In this document: piece after piece, positions 39,186 to 52,297 of the stretch
Numbering within the stretch: the stretch's first letter is position 1
Layout: every line of letters begins with the position of its first letter
Source: Camelus ferus
Lineage: Eukaryota
Reading direction: 5' to 3'
DNA: 64,000 nt
Assembly (NCBI RefSeq): GCF_009834535.1
Contig: NC_045696.1
Location: 99,760,001 to 99,824,000, forward strand
The notes under the pieces: model-generated
Database searches by the model: none
What the model was told of the DNA's origin: nothing
The model's input: only the letters and a program-made list of their open reading frames with translations
Translations under genes and position numbers: made by a program

Positions 39186-41359
39186 ATTACCAACTTTATG
39201 CTGTTATAAAATCTAACATTTTATGTAAATAATATTATTTCAAGTTTGTTATATGTAAACACATGAACAGAGGGACCCAAATTTTAATTATGATTAATAT
39301 TTTGAGAAAATACATAGTACCAGCACTGTTCATTGGATAGCTTCTTAACTGAGCTTATTTATTTCTAGTGGGTTTTTTTCTCCATAATCTTAACAGATTT
39401 AAGGCAGAGTTTATAAAATCATTAAAATTTTTAATAATTGGCCATTGCAAGGGAAACAAATTATACAGCAGTTAAATGGAAGAACTCTGACTACAAATGT
39501 TTTCATTCCCATCCACCCTGAAATTGTCTAAATTTGCTCAACAGAAATATAAATCACTAGACAATGGCCAGCGTTGTTTTATTTCAGGTGACTTGATACA
39601 GCCAGAAGTATCCAGTAGCTCTGCTGGCGCACAAAGCAGCAAGTCAAGGTTCCCTCTCATCTATATCTAAGATACTTTGCCATGCTAAAATTATTGAATA
39701 TAATTTCTATGAAAAGAAAATTGACGTGCATTTTCATTTATGTGCTTCTTGTTCAGAAAACTGATCAATCTCTAAATGCAAATACACCCTAACCAAGATT
39801 TTTGAGAAATTAAAATTCTCAAACCTTTCTCATTTTTGGCAACATAAACACTGATTTCCTGTTGAAAAAAAATTATTTTGTTCTATCCACGTCCCATTGT
39901 GCTGTTAAAATATCTATGAATTTCAAGTGCAATATAATTGGCATTATAATAAACAATCTGGCAAAGTGTTGTGGAACAGTAAAGGACACAGAGATATTAT
40001 GTCCCATTGTTACTATGAATAGAACCACGCAGACACCAATTAACATCTCATTGCTATGATTACTTGTTATTGTTCTTGTTGCACTAATCAAACTTACATC
40101 TTTTTAGTTCATCTTTTGATTTCAAAAAGTTATGCTAAGAAAAGATTACATTTATCATGAGTGCATATAAATGTAAACCATACAGAGCTAATTAAGTTTA
40201 TAACCACCGAGAATAATATGAAAAGGAAAATTAAATTGCTTTGCTTCAAGGAAAATCTTTTAGGAAACATTTGCTGAATAAACATGAAAGAAAAATTTTA
40301 AATGTCTTCTTACACAGTTGATATTTGGCTTGTATTTTTACATGTGACAATCATATACATTTCTTTTACTTTTTAATAGACACCAGCTACTGTCATCATA
40401 ATGTATTAGTATTGTGCATTGGTGGTGGGAGGGAGGGGAGAAACATTTTACAGACATTTTAAATAGAGCTCTCACAATTTTTAAAGCTTGTAGAAAAAAG
40501 ATGATACTGCTTAACAGTGACAAATAAATTTTGAAAACAAGCAAAGTGACCATTTATGGGAAACACAAAGATACACTGAAAATTTTAATGATAAAGTAAC
40601 ATTAACCAAATCATGTTTTGACATTCATGACACTATAATGATTTAATCCAAGAAGTTATGTCTTTTATAAATATTCTCTTTAATTATAGCTCTGCTATTC
40701 CCCACATTCTAAAACATTCAATAGGCAATATTTTCTGTGCAAGTATTTCAATTATTAGGGAATTGGATTTCAACTTTGAAATGCATCTGTGATGATTTAT
40801 TGATTAGTTTTAAGTCTTGTATAAGAAAAAAGAGTATTGAGTGGAAGTTTGTCCCCAGTAATAATTTTTTGTTCCCCGGCTGACAGGTTTACAAGGTTCA
40901 GCTTTTAGTGTTTGCTGACACCCCCAGGATGCCCTTCCAGAGTGGAGCAGAACTTAGATCGACCCTGGGGTATCAGCACATGATGAAGGTAATCTGTTTC
41001 CTTAGCTGAAGCTCACAAGCAAAGCAGTTAAATCCCCATCACAAATAACCATAGTAGGACTCATTACACTTCTCACAGGCCTGGATCTTTTTGTCTCTGA
41101 GTCTCTAAAACATTTATAGAGGGCAATGAAATTTTCACAGAATCTTAGCTAGGTCCTTTAACAAAGAATGAGATACATGGCTTTGAAAGGTACAGTTCTC
41201 TTCTGAAAGTAGGAATATAATTTAAGGAACAAAGAAAGAAGGGAGGAATGAAGAATTAATACCCGCTCCACAGCTCCTGGTGAAAAGGAGAGTAGGGACT
41301 TTCTTCTTGAAATGCTACTTATTTTGCCAAAGTTTTTTTTTTTTTTTTTTTTTTTTTTA

Positions 41360-41690
41360 CTTATTGATTTAACACACTTTGTTTGGGTTTCTACCATGTG
41401 CCAGGTTTTGTGTGAGGAGCTGAGACAGTATCAACCTACAAGAAGTTTAGTCCAACAAAAGAGAATTAATACAAGTGTTGTTATATGATAATATTGTAAA
41501 TATTGTTATAAAACAATGTGAATGTCTATAAAAAATAAGTAAAATGTGCCTAACATGGGGAAAGAGATAAATCGGCTGTTCAGAGAGTATTTAGACTGGG
41601 ATGAATGGGGAAGGCTGGGACAAAAGGCAAGAGCATTATGAATGTATGAATTTGTATGTTGAGGTGAGAATTTCCAGGTGTAAAGAAGGA
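41360..41690 (-). mobile_element. L2 3' fragment
   Basis: 'ttattgatttaacacac...ctaccatgtgccagg'. Confidence 0.55.
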
Positions 41691-41866
41691 AGAACTTTTT
41701 TTTTTGAAATTTGTTTTAAAGCTTCAGAATATTGAGTTACTGAGTATAGTGAACATAACTTTCTAAGTGGAGGTTAATGCTATGATCTTAATTTCCAACC
41801 TATTAGGTCTACCTTTAAATGGGAAAAGAAATGCCTACAGAAACATCAAAACAACATGGATGGAGA

Positions 41867-42150
41867 TTTATTTAAATTGAAGTATAGTCAGTTTACAATG
41901 CTGTATCAATTGCTCGTGTACAGCATAATAGTTCAGTCATCCATATACACATATATTCACTTTCATATTCTTTTTCATTATAGTGTATTAGGTTATTATA
42001 AGATATTGAATATAGTTCCCTGTGCTATACAGTATAAACTTGTTGTTTATCTATTTTATACATAGTAGTCAGTATCTGCAAGTCTCAAACTCCCAATCTA
42101 ACCCTTCCCACCCCTTGCCCCGCCGGTAACCATAAGTCTGTGAGTCTGTT
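41867..42150 (-). mobile_element. Short young L1 3' UTR insertion
   Basis: 'tttaaattgaagtatagtcagtttacaatg...gttccctgtgctatacagtataaacttg', the same family as the 3' ends at 6.3 kb and 14.2 kb. Confidence 0.92.
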
Positions 42151-43338
42151 TGAGACTTTTAATAATAAAAGTACACATATATATTCATTTTATATCATCA
42201 TTATAAACACACAGAGATAGTGACAGAGAATGAGAATGAGAAAAGGAAACTATTAGAGAGAGAAAGAGAAGGAGAAAGAGATAGATTTAAGAAAACTTAC
42301 CAGGCACTGGGTGGTTAGAGGTGGAAATGAATCCCGTCCAGTCAGTGACAAGTCTCTGCCATGGAGATTGTATGTTATGCAAACAGTGCTTGAAGATCAA
42401 AAGTAGCACTGATTTGGGTAAACTTACATCAGATGTTTAAAGCAGACCTAAAAACTATCACTTATGAAACACTTGTGTGCTAGGTTCTCTTCCCAAAATG
42501 TTCTACATATGCCGTCCTTTTTAATCCTCAGCAATCTTTATGTAGTATTTTATAAATAAAGACATGGAGAGACTCAGTAACTTGCCCTAAGTCAAAATGA
42601 ATAAGGGTAAGGAATCAGAGATGATTTAAAAGGGAGATGATAATAAACCATGGTAAAGCGTAGTGTATGAACGGGACAGCAAAGAAGTCCGTATGACTAG
42701 AACACAGAAAGAGTCTAGGAATGAAGGAGAATAAAAGGGAAACTGAGGAAGGGGCATTCTATAAATGGCCTTGCGTTCCATGCCAAGAAGTTTCAACTTG
42801 AGCATTGATTTGAAGACTTGTGCTCATCTAGGCCAGAGTATAGTGTTTGCCAAAATGAACCTTTCCTGCTTATTTAATATTATGAACATGAATCCACTTG
42901 ATCATCAAACTCTACTTCTACCACCTACACTCTCATTAGTCCCTCTTCTACACCCTCAGACTAATTTTGCAGTTGAGGACTTGGTCATTTTACCTGGATT
43001 TTACAATTTCTTGAGAGGGAAAATGTCACTAAGTATTGCAGGCAGAATTGAGAACTGCTGCTCTATATGCACCCAGTATTTCTTTCCCTTGTTACTAAAG
43101 GACAAACGCTTCTTGTCCTAAAGGCAATTCCCCCATTCTTCTTTTATTCCATCCTCTTTTGCCTTTTCTAAGGAAACCTCCATTTTTGATGACCCCGTGT
43201 CTTAAGTTGATTAAAAACAAAATCCTGTGTATTATTTGGATACTGCTCATTTTCATCTACTCAAGATCCCGACTTAAAAATCACTCATTAAAACCCTCAT
43301 ACTAGTCCAAGGCAAACCCAAACTCTCTTTAGCAAAAA

Positions 43339-43878
43339 CTTTTTTTAAATTGAAGTATATTCAGTTTTCAATGTTGTGTTAGTTTCTGGTATACAGCATA
43401 GTGGTTCAGTTTTATATATATATATATAAAACACATATACACACATATATATATATTCCTTTTCACATTCTTTTTCATTATAAGCTATTACAACATATTT
43501 CATATAGTTCCCTGTGCTATACAGTAGGACCTTGTTGTCTACCTATTTTTTATATAGTAGTTAGTATTTGCTAATCCCAGACTCCTAATTTACCCCTCCA
43601 CTCCCTTCTTTCCCCCCTGTTGTGTGTATAAGCTTGTTCTCTGTGTCTGTGATAGTGTTTCTGTTTTGTAAATAAGTTCATTTATGTCATTTTTTTTTTT
43701 AGATTCCACATATAAGTGACATCATGTGATATTTTTCTTTCTCTTTCTGGCTTACTTCACTTAGTATGGTGATCTCTGGGTCCATCCATGTTGCTCCAAA
43801 TGGCATTATTTTATTCTTTTATATGGCTGAATAGTATTCCATTGAATATATATACCACATCATCTGTATCCAGTCATC
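43339..43878 (-). mobile_element. Young L1 3' end
   Basis: T tail, 3' UTR and ORF2 end ('tccatccatgttgctccaaatggcattatt'). Confidence 0.92.
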
Positions 43879-43889
43879 TAAATTTATTG

Positions 43890-44470
43890 CCTCAGTTTCC
43901 TCATAGTACACATCTCAACCCCTGCAAGTTTTGCTTCTACTCCTGTATATCTTTGGGGGCAACTTTAGCTTAGACTGCCATTTTATATCAAATGGACAGA
44001 GTTCATTATTTATCTTATTTGAACTCCTGACAGCATTATGCACTACTGACCTCTCTTTCCCGCTTGAAACACTCTACTCTTAATTTTCTCTGGCACTGTA
44101 TGCTCCTAGTTTTCTTTACAGCTGCATCCTGTTTTTTTCAGTCTCCTTACATCTCCTTTTGCTACCACATCTTTAAATGATGGAATTCTACAATACTTTC
44201 TTTTCTTTTTCCTCTTTTTGTCATTTCCTGGACAATTTCAACCATTCCCATGACTTAAGCTATGATCCATACTGCAGCCAAACTTCAAAATAAATCTCTC
44301 CACTGTGTTTCAAACACATGTATTCAGTTCCTTCCTGGACATCTCATGGAGTCTCCAATGCACTGCGAACACTATATGTCCAAAAACTTACTCATGATAT
44401 TGTTCCCTTTATTTTATCACCTCAGTAATTGGCACCATCATTTACCAAGTTATTCAAGCCAAAGACCTGA
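43890..44470 (+). mobile_element. L2 fragment
   Basis: 'cttatttgaactcctgacagcattatgcactactgacc', 'ctcagtaattggcaccatcatttacc'. Confidence 0.7.
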
Positions 44471-46558
44471 TTCGCAAGCAAGGGATTCCTTTGTCAATTT
44501 CCTATGTGCAGACAACTTGCAGAGAACTCTGAACACTGCCTCAAGTCTGAAGAGATTTCACTCACAGTTCTATCATCTACTGAAGTTAGTGTTTGCTTGT
44601 GTATGGTGTGTACTCAAGTAGATGAGTGGTGCTTTATTCCCCTCTATCCCCCTCCACAAATGCCCAGCCTAAAAAGGACCTCAGATTAGTCAGTCAATAA
44701 AAATTGCCAGATGTCTGGTTAATACAGGATTAGTGTGGACATCCTTGTGATGTCAGACTGGTCCTTCGAAGACCGCACTGGCATTCCCTGCACCTAAACT
44801 CCTGGCTTTAGCGAGCATCTTCACAGAGAAACAGGGTCTGCTGTCAGACTATCACTAGAGATTTCATGAATTTCCAAAGAGAAACAAAATCAGTGGACAC
44901 TTCTATTATCACTGACTCTATCCTTTATTGTTTCTTGCATTGCATTGTTTCCCCAAATTTTATCTTTACACATTCCATAGATGAATAAACCATTTTCACT
45001 TTATAAATTAAAAATTTTGTGATGAAGCATGAGCCAAAGAGAAAGAGGAGGAGATGTTTTGTGACAAACACAAGCCAGATAAAGGCAAAGGAGAAATATA
45101 TTTTGGTCTCTTACTTATAAAAAAAAAAAATGAAGGTTGCATAAGAGTTAGACTATCATTCATGGGAATAAATTACTATAGATGCTAATTGTGAGGACAT
45201 CTATTTAAAACCTGATGATGCTAAGCTACCAAACTATATCCACTAGAATTTTCTTAATTAAACAAAAATTATATGAAACATGAAATTTGATTCTGATTTT
45301 ATATGTATTTTTCCTAGCTAACAGCTAATACTATGTGGAAAAATGAGTTGGCTATTAATTTTTTTTTACATAGGTCTATAAACTTAGACTTATATATTAA
45401 TATATTATCTTCTATGTGAAGTCTAAATCTCTTAGCTGCATAAGATTGGGGAATGCATAACAGAGTTTAATTAAATTGTTAATTTGAATTTATATGGTTT
45501 CAGAATGATTTTTGTCACAAAACATAAAAAAAAACTCAGCAGAAATGCCAGTCTATTTCTCTGACCCTGTCTTCTAATTCTCATTGGCTTTGAACTAGAG
45601 GTATTAGTATAATCTCTAATTAGCTCAACCAAGACGGTTTCTTTTGTTCTTCACTGAAGCTGCGTTCATATTGCTGATTGTTGTGTGTATCCTTCGTAGA
45701 ATACTAGAAATCTTTCAAGTCTGAGTTATGCTCTCCCTAACAACACAGAAGATTCAACACTTTAACGGCATGCATTTGTTTAAAACTTACCAATTAATAA
45801 TAGGTTTTCTTTCCTGAACTACTTTAGTTCAAGAAATTCCATCAATCTTGTCTGTTATATGAATACATATACATGACTTCCATAATTTTTTGTCAGAACA
45901 ACCAATACATTCTAGATGCTATATGTTTCCCCATCATAATATATATTACAATACAATTGACCTTGAACAACACAGGTATGAACTATGTGGATCCACTTAT
46001 GTACAGGTTTTTTTTTCAATAAACATTGGGAAATTTGGGGAGATTTTCAACAATTAAAAAAAAACTCAGAGACACACCACAGAGGCTAGAAATATTTTTA
46101 AAAAACTAAGGGAAAGTAGGATATGTTATGAATGCATAAAATATATGTAGATTATAGCCTGTTTTATCATTTATTACTATAAAATCTACACAAACCTATT
46201 GTGAAAAGTTAAAATTTATCATAACTTACAAACATGAACATTACAGACCAGACATTACTCCATTCATAGTCAAGAGAAATGTAAAAAAATGCAACAATGC
46301 AGTCATAAATCATGACTGCATGAAATTAGCTATAGTACATACTGTACTACTGTCATAATTTCAGTCACCTCCTATTTCTATTGTGGTGAGCTCAAATGTT
46401 GCAAGTATCCACTTAAAAATTCTGTGTGATGCTAATCACCTCCACATGAGCAGTCTGTCTCTCCAACCAATTGCTTATTGCAGTAAAAAGTGATCTCTTG
46501 CAGTTTGTGTGTATTTCTTATAGTCTTTAGTGCAATACCATAAACCTTGAATAACACC

Positions 46559-48404
46559 ATGGGACATACACAAGGTACCACAAGTGATTCTAGAAGTGCC
46601 CCCAAGAAGCAGAGAAAAGTCATGACATTATAAGAAAAAGTTGAATTGCTTGATATGTGTCATAGATTGAGGTCTGCAGCTTCGGTTGCCCTCCATCTCA
46701 AGTTAAATGAATCCAACATAGGAACCACAGTTCGAAAAAAAAAAAAAAGGAATTCCCTGAAGCCATTGCTGCAGCTATGCCAGCAGGCACAAAAACCTTG
46801 CACTTTTTGTGAAATCCTTTTTTTATCATCTTATTGAAAATGTAGCTTTTATGTGGGTGTAGGATTGCTAGTAAGAAAGGCGTCCTTGTCGACTCCAATA
46901 TGATATGAGAAAAAAAGAAGTCATTATATGACAACTTCAAGCCAAATGAAGGTGAAGGATCTAAATCTGGGGAATTTAATGCCAGCAAAGGATGGTTTGA
47001 TAATTTTAGAAAGAGGCGCTTGGCTTAAAAAAAGGTCTAGACAACAGGCAAACAGCTTCTGCCAACCAAGTGGCAGCAGACAAGTTCCCAGATGCCATTA
47101 AGAAAATCACCGAGGAGAAAGGCTATCTGCATGAACAGGTTTTTAATGTAGAAGAAAGTGCCATATTCTGGGGGGAAAAAATGCCATACAAAATATTTAT
47201 TAGTAACGAGAGAAAGGGAGCACCAGGATTTAAGGCAGGAAGGAATAGGTTAACTCGACTATTTTGTGAAAATGCAGTTATGACCAAGACTACCTTTATC
47301 TATAAAGCTGCTAAGCCCTGAGCCTTGAAGGGAAAAAATAAACACGAATTGCCAGTCTTTTGGTTGTACAAGAAGGCCTGGACAATGAGAACACTTTTCC
47401 TGGATTTGTTCCATTGATGATTTGTTCCTAAAGTCAGGAAGTCCCCTGCCAATAAGTGCCTACCTTTTACAGTGCTTGTGATGCTGGACAAGTTCCCTGG
47501 CCAGCCCAGAACTTTATGAGTTCAACAGTGAGGGTGTCCAAGTGGCCTGCTTGCCCCCAGTTCAGCCTCTAGATCAGGGGATCATAAGGACTGTTAAGGC
47601 TCATTACACATGGCTCTCTACGGAAAGGACTGGCAACAATACGGAAGAGAGTATTGACAGACAGACCATCATGAACGTCTGGAAGGATTACACCATTGAA
47701 GATGCCATCACTGCTATAAAACAAGAACAAAAGTAGTGAAAGCCATCAAGCCTGAAACATTAAATTTCTGCTGGAGAAAACTGTGTCCAGATTTTGTACA
47801 TAATGTCACAGGATTTACAACAATGCCAATCAAGAAAACCATGAAAGAGATTGTGGATATACCACCCCCCACCCCCCGCAAAAAAAAAGGTGAAGGATGA
47901 AAGATTTCAAGATATAGATCTTGGAGAAATTCAAGATCTAACAGACACCACATCACAGGAATTAACAGAAGACAACTTAATAGAGATGAGTGATTCTGAA
48001 CCAGTGCCAGATGATGAGGAGGGAGACGTAGAAGCTGTACCAGAAAACAAATTGACATTAGACAATCTGGCAGAAGGGTTCCAATTATTCAAGACTAGCT
48101 TTTACTTCTTTTACAACATGGACCTTTCTATTATATGAAACTAAAGTAAATGGTAGAAGAGGATTGGTACATAAAGAAACATTTTTAGAGAAATTAATAA
48201 GTAAAATAATCAGACAGAAGTTACAATGCATTGCCTTACAGCTCCACTGAGTGTACCTGCCTCTCCTGCCTCCCCTCTTCCACCCCTGCCACTCCTGAGA
48301 CAGTAAGAACAACCCTTCCTCTACCTCCTCCTCCTAAGCCTCGTCAACGTGAAGATGACAAGGATGAAGACCTTTCTGATGACCCATGTCCACCTGATGA
48401 ATAG
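46559..48404 (+). pseudogene. Disrupted pogo-family (Tigger) transposase
   Basis: CENP-B-type HTH ('LLDMCHRLRSAASVA...NESNIGTTV'), DDE region ('EQVFNVEESAIFW...PGFKAGRNRLT', 'VQPLDQGIIRTVKAHY') and acidic C-terminus, broken by stops and frameshifts. Confidence 0.92.
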
Positions 48405-49151
48405 CAAATCATTATGCTGCACACTTAGTAAACTTAGCTGTTGTGTATGTGTGTGTCTTCATGTCAAAATCTAATAACTGTACATCAAGAACAGTCTGAA
48501 CTGTTTTTGTACCATCATCATCATCACCTAAGTGTTCATCGCATAGAACACTGTGTGCAAGACTTTTATTGAAGCGGATAGCCCATCCTTACATAGCTAT
48601 AAAGTAAATAATGCTTAATATAAAATTAATAATGTGTTCGTTTTCTTACTGTTTTATAACTTTACTTTCAAATAATTAATTACTGTATAGTATGCCCCTC
48701 TCTCTCGTAATTGGAGAAACTGTGTACTAGGCTATCATCATAGGTAAATGGTTTAAAAATAAAGTAACAATGTTTCCAATGCTGTATGTTAAATATGATT
48801 ATAATACTGTATGACAGAAAACTGTATAACAATTCATTCACTAATGTATAGGTTAGGCTACCTTGAAGCAATTGTTTTGATTACACTAGGCTACCATAAA
48901 ACAATTATACTGCTGTTTGTTATCAATGCATGAATTGTTATACCTGTAAATAGATACAAATTTCATTTTCACATTACCTTTTCATTTTTGGTGTCTAGTA
49001 TTAGTAATATATTTAATCTCTACAGTGTTTTGTATCATGTAAGACAATATTGATTTAAGTACTGACAGACAGATGATTCATCCTATAAACTGACAATGTA
49101 AACCAATAAAGTACAGGACTAAGTGTATTTTCTATTCCTTATAATTTTCTT

Positions 49152-49187
49152 GCGTTGGTGGTATAGTGGTGAGCGTAGCTGCCTTCC
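49152..49187 (+). pseudogene. Tailless 5'-half tRNA-Gly(TCC) retropseudogene
   Basis: GCGTTGGTGGTATAGTGGTGAGCGTAGCTGCCTTCC equals nt 1-36 of mammalian tRNA-Gly-TCC as I recall it (one mismatch); 17-bp perfect TSD ttccttataattttctt at 49135-49151 and 49184-49200. Confidence 0.92.
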
Positions 49188-49974
49188 TTATAATTTTCTT
49201 AATAACATTTTCTTTTCTCTAACTTACTTTATTATAAGAACACAGAACATAATATACATAAATTTATATATTTTATTATATATAACATACATAAAACAAA
49301 TAACAAACATTTTAACTGACTTTTTACCTTATCTGTAAGGCTTCCAGGCAATACTAGGCTATTAGCAGTTAAGATCTTGGCGTGTCAAAAGTTATACATG
49401 GATTTTCAACTGCATGGGGAGTTGGCAACCCTAACCCCCACATTGTTTAAAAGTCAACTGTAATTATAGAAGAAAACTCTTATAGGTATTTGTCATATCA
49501 AAATTTGTACATTTGACTTCATGAATTATTCTCTTTGGAGAAAAAGGTTAAATTATGGCTTTTGAATGACCAATGGCTCATGGTGGAGCAAGGAGTCACA
49601 TGGTGGTTAATTGTTACCAATAAAAATGTAACTACTCATATTAGCAGCTCCTCTATTACAGGAACTACAACAGGCAATTATTAAGAATGTGAGTGTAATT
49701 AAATATTGTTAACATGTAGTATATGCAGATTATCTTTAGTCAAATTTTTTCTCAAGTTAAATTCTGAAGGTATAGAAGGGAAGAAGATATTCATGAGTGT
49801 GAAAAGTCTGGATTTGAATACCTTTAAAAAGCCATGAAATTTCATGGCAGCGTGTCATAAAATATATATTTTTTATAATTGGAGAAACAATTACAAAATA
49901 CCAAGTCCAGTTCTTTGATTGTTCATGTCAGAAAAATTTAAGTGAATTCTCTGAGATTGTATTGCATGTTAATT

Positions 49975-50110
49975 CATATCTTTATTTATTAATTTGACAA
50001 ATACTTACTTAGCATATATCATGTGTTAGGATTTATTCTAAGCACCGGGCATAAAATAGTTAACAAGATAATCTTATTCTCTGTTTTCTCAGTTTACATT
50101 CTATGATGAA
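49975..50110 (-). mobile_element. L2 3' end
   Basis: 'atttgacaaatacttacttagcatatatcatgtgttagg...tttacattcta'. Confidence 0.7.
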
Positions 50111-52115
50111 ATTTAAAACTAAACTAATTTCAAAAAATATTTTTCAAGACATTAGAACACAACCTAAGTTTACCCATATCATGTAGACTGTCTCTCCAAA
50201 CAAAAACATAATCAATGTTTATAAGAACTAAATCCACAGATATTCTAGACACTGTATTCTATAGTCTTTCCCTCTCAGGTATGCTGATTGATGGAAAGCT
50301 ATTGAGAAAACACTTTGCCCTTGAAGAGGCTAAGTTATCAGGAGAGGCATTTTTAGTTATTTGTGAGTTTCCAAGAAAGCCTTGCAGTTTTGCCTTGAAA
50401 TAAAAGTGATGTCCTCTTCTCAATGCGAAAGCTGCTATTGCCTTCTTTTCATGCGTCTACTTTATTCAGCCCAGATCTGTACCTATTTCCAATTAGGACT
50501 ATGTTGTAACTATTTAATTCAGTCTCTACTCTCAGAAGAAAGAGGTTAACCATGACATGAGACCTTGTTTTCATTTTGAAGTAATATTATCAGCTGGGTG
50601 TTAGCCAGGGAAGAGAGCTGTGTGGTAACATTAAAGCACCTGGATATTAAATAGTAAAGGGAGGCAAGAACTGTGAGGATAATTACAAATATCTTGAGAA
50701 ACATGCAGCAAATTCATTTTCAAGTGAATGTAGGCCAAAAGGGACCAGGATAGCCATTTAAACTGTCTGTTATGAAAGAATATATCAAGGAGTGGGAGAA
50801 AAATGTATGAACAAGAAAAGCTAGTTACAGTGTCTTGAACAGGGATCTTGATCTGAAGATCTTGGAAGAAAGCCAAGTAGCTGTTTGCCACTAACATCAT
50901 CTTGTTTATCACTGGGTTCCGGGACAGCTGTCTGCACCCAGAGCTTATCTGTTTCTGGAGGTCTTTTAGTGAGTCTTAGAATTAAATTTCTGGCGGGGAC
51001 GTTTGTCATGTAAAATACTCTACTAGAGGAAAAGAAAAGCTGCCAAAGCTCTTATGGTTTCAAGGTGCTGGTGCTTTAAATTGGAACCTTGGAACAAGAC
51101 AGATTCTCTCCGTGAGTCATCGACTGACTTCTGGTCATGGGCAAGAGGCTGCGAAGTCACATGCAAAGCCTACAACCTCGTGTGCTAGTAAATAAAGACA
51201 CTGCAGGGAAGTGGATGTAGGGATCAGTCTCCTTTTCAACGTATTTGCCAAATTTTGACACTATGTAGCACAAGAAGACCTAGAAAACTAGGTATTATCT
51301 GTAAAATTATAAGGGCCAGATCTGGATCTTCCACAGTCTTTCAGGAATCAGAAGACAGAGAACAGCCAGGCTTCTAACAACAAGCTCAGGAGGGTTCACT
51401 ACCTAGCAAAAAGGGCTAAATAAAGGTAAACTCAGTTTTCCTAAAAATTCCACTATCCTTAGTTCAGATCAATCTGTAATTGTATTGAAGTGATGACACC
51501 CTAAACCTCTGCCTAAGAGAGGAAAGTCGTAACCATCACTGATGGAAGACATATCATCTGGAACATCCCTGGTATCTTTTTGTAGTATATCAGGTGTTCA
51601 GTCAAAAATTACTAGACAATCAAAGAGGCAAAACAAGAGACAGAAAGAGAGAAGAGGAAAAAAGATCAACAGTGAAGATATAAAATTGAGAACAGAAGCA
51701 AAACAGCAGATGATCCACATACTGGAGTTGGTAGATAAATTCGTACATAAAATCATTATAATTAATGCATTAAAGAAATAGTGAATATGGGTAAAATGAT
51801 TAAAAATGTAAATTTTCATGAGATAATTTAAATCTATAAAAATATACATATATGCTAAAATTTTTTAATGAAACATGAAATTTAGAACTCAATGGATAGA
51901 CTTAGCAGGATTTTAGACACAGCATAGCATATCAACTTACAGATTCAAGATATATAAAATTCCTAAGCTGAATAAACACAAGAAAACCATACCTAGGTTT
52001 ATTATACCATCCTGAAACAATGGGAAAAATGTAAAAGCAGAGAGGAAAGACTCACTACTTGAATGGGCAACAATAAAACAGACAGTTAGCTTCTTATAAG
52101 GAATTATGTAAGCCA

Positions 52116-52297
52116 AACTATTATTCATAAAATAAACTACAAGGATATATTGTACAACACAGGGATACAGCCAATAAATTTATAATAGCTATAAATGAAG
52201 TATAACCTTTCAAAATTGTGAATCACTAAATTGTACACCTGTAACTTATATAATATTGTGCATCAACTATACTTCAGTTAAAAAACTAAAAAAAATT
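52116..52297 (+). mobile_element. Short L1 3' end insertion
   Basis: Ends 'actatacttcagttaaaaaa'; 14-bp perfect TSD aattatgtaagcca at 52102-52115 and 52298-52311. Confidence 0.92.

Larger units (their letters stand above)
45954..49460 (+). mobile_element. Full-length Tigger2-type (pogo/TcMar) DNA transposon, ~3.5 kb
   Basis: TIRs CAATTGACCTTGAACAACAC... and ...CATTGTTTAAAAGTCAACTG match the Tigger2 TIR CAGTTGACCCTTGAACAA; TA TSD at 45952-53 and 49461-62; internal transposase relics. Confidence 0.95.

Noticed and set aside
46559..48404. Domesticated TIGD/CENP-B-like gene
   Set aside because: Multiple stops and frameshifts, and retained TIRs with TA TSDs, indicate a neutrally decaying transposon.
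49831..49848. Perfect 18-bp palindrome gccatgaaatttcatggc
   Set aside because: About 0.25 or more such palindromes are expected by chance in 64 kb; no supporting context.
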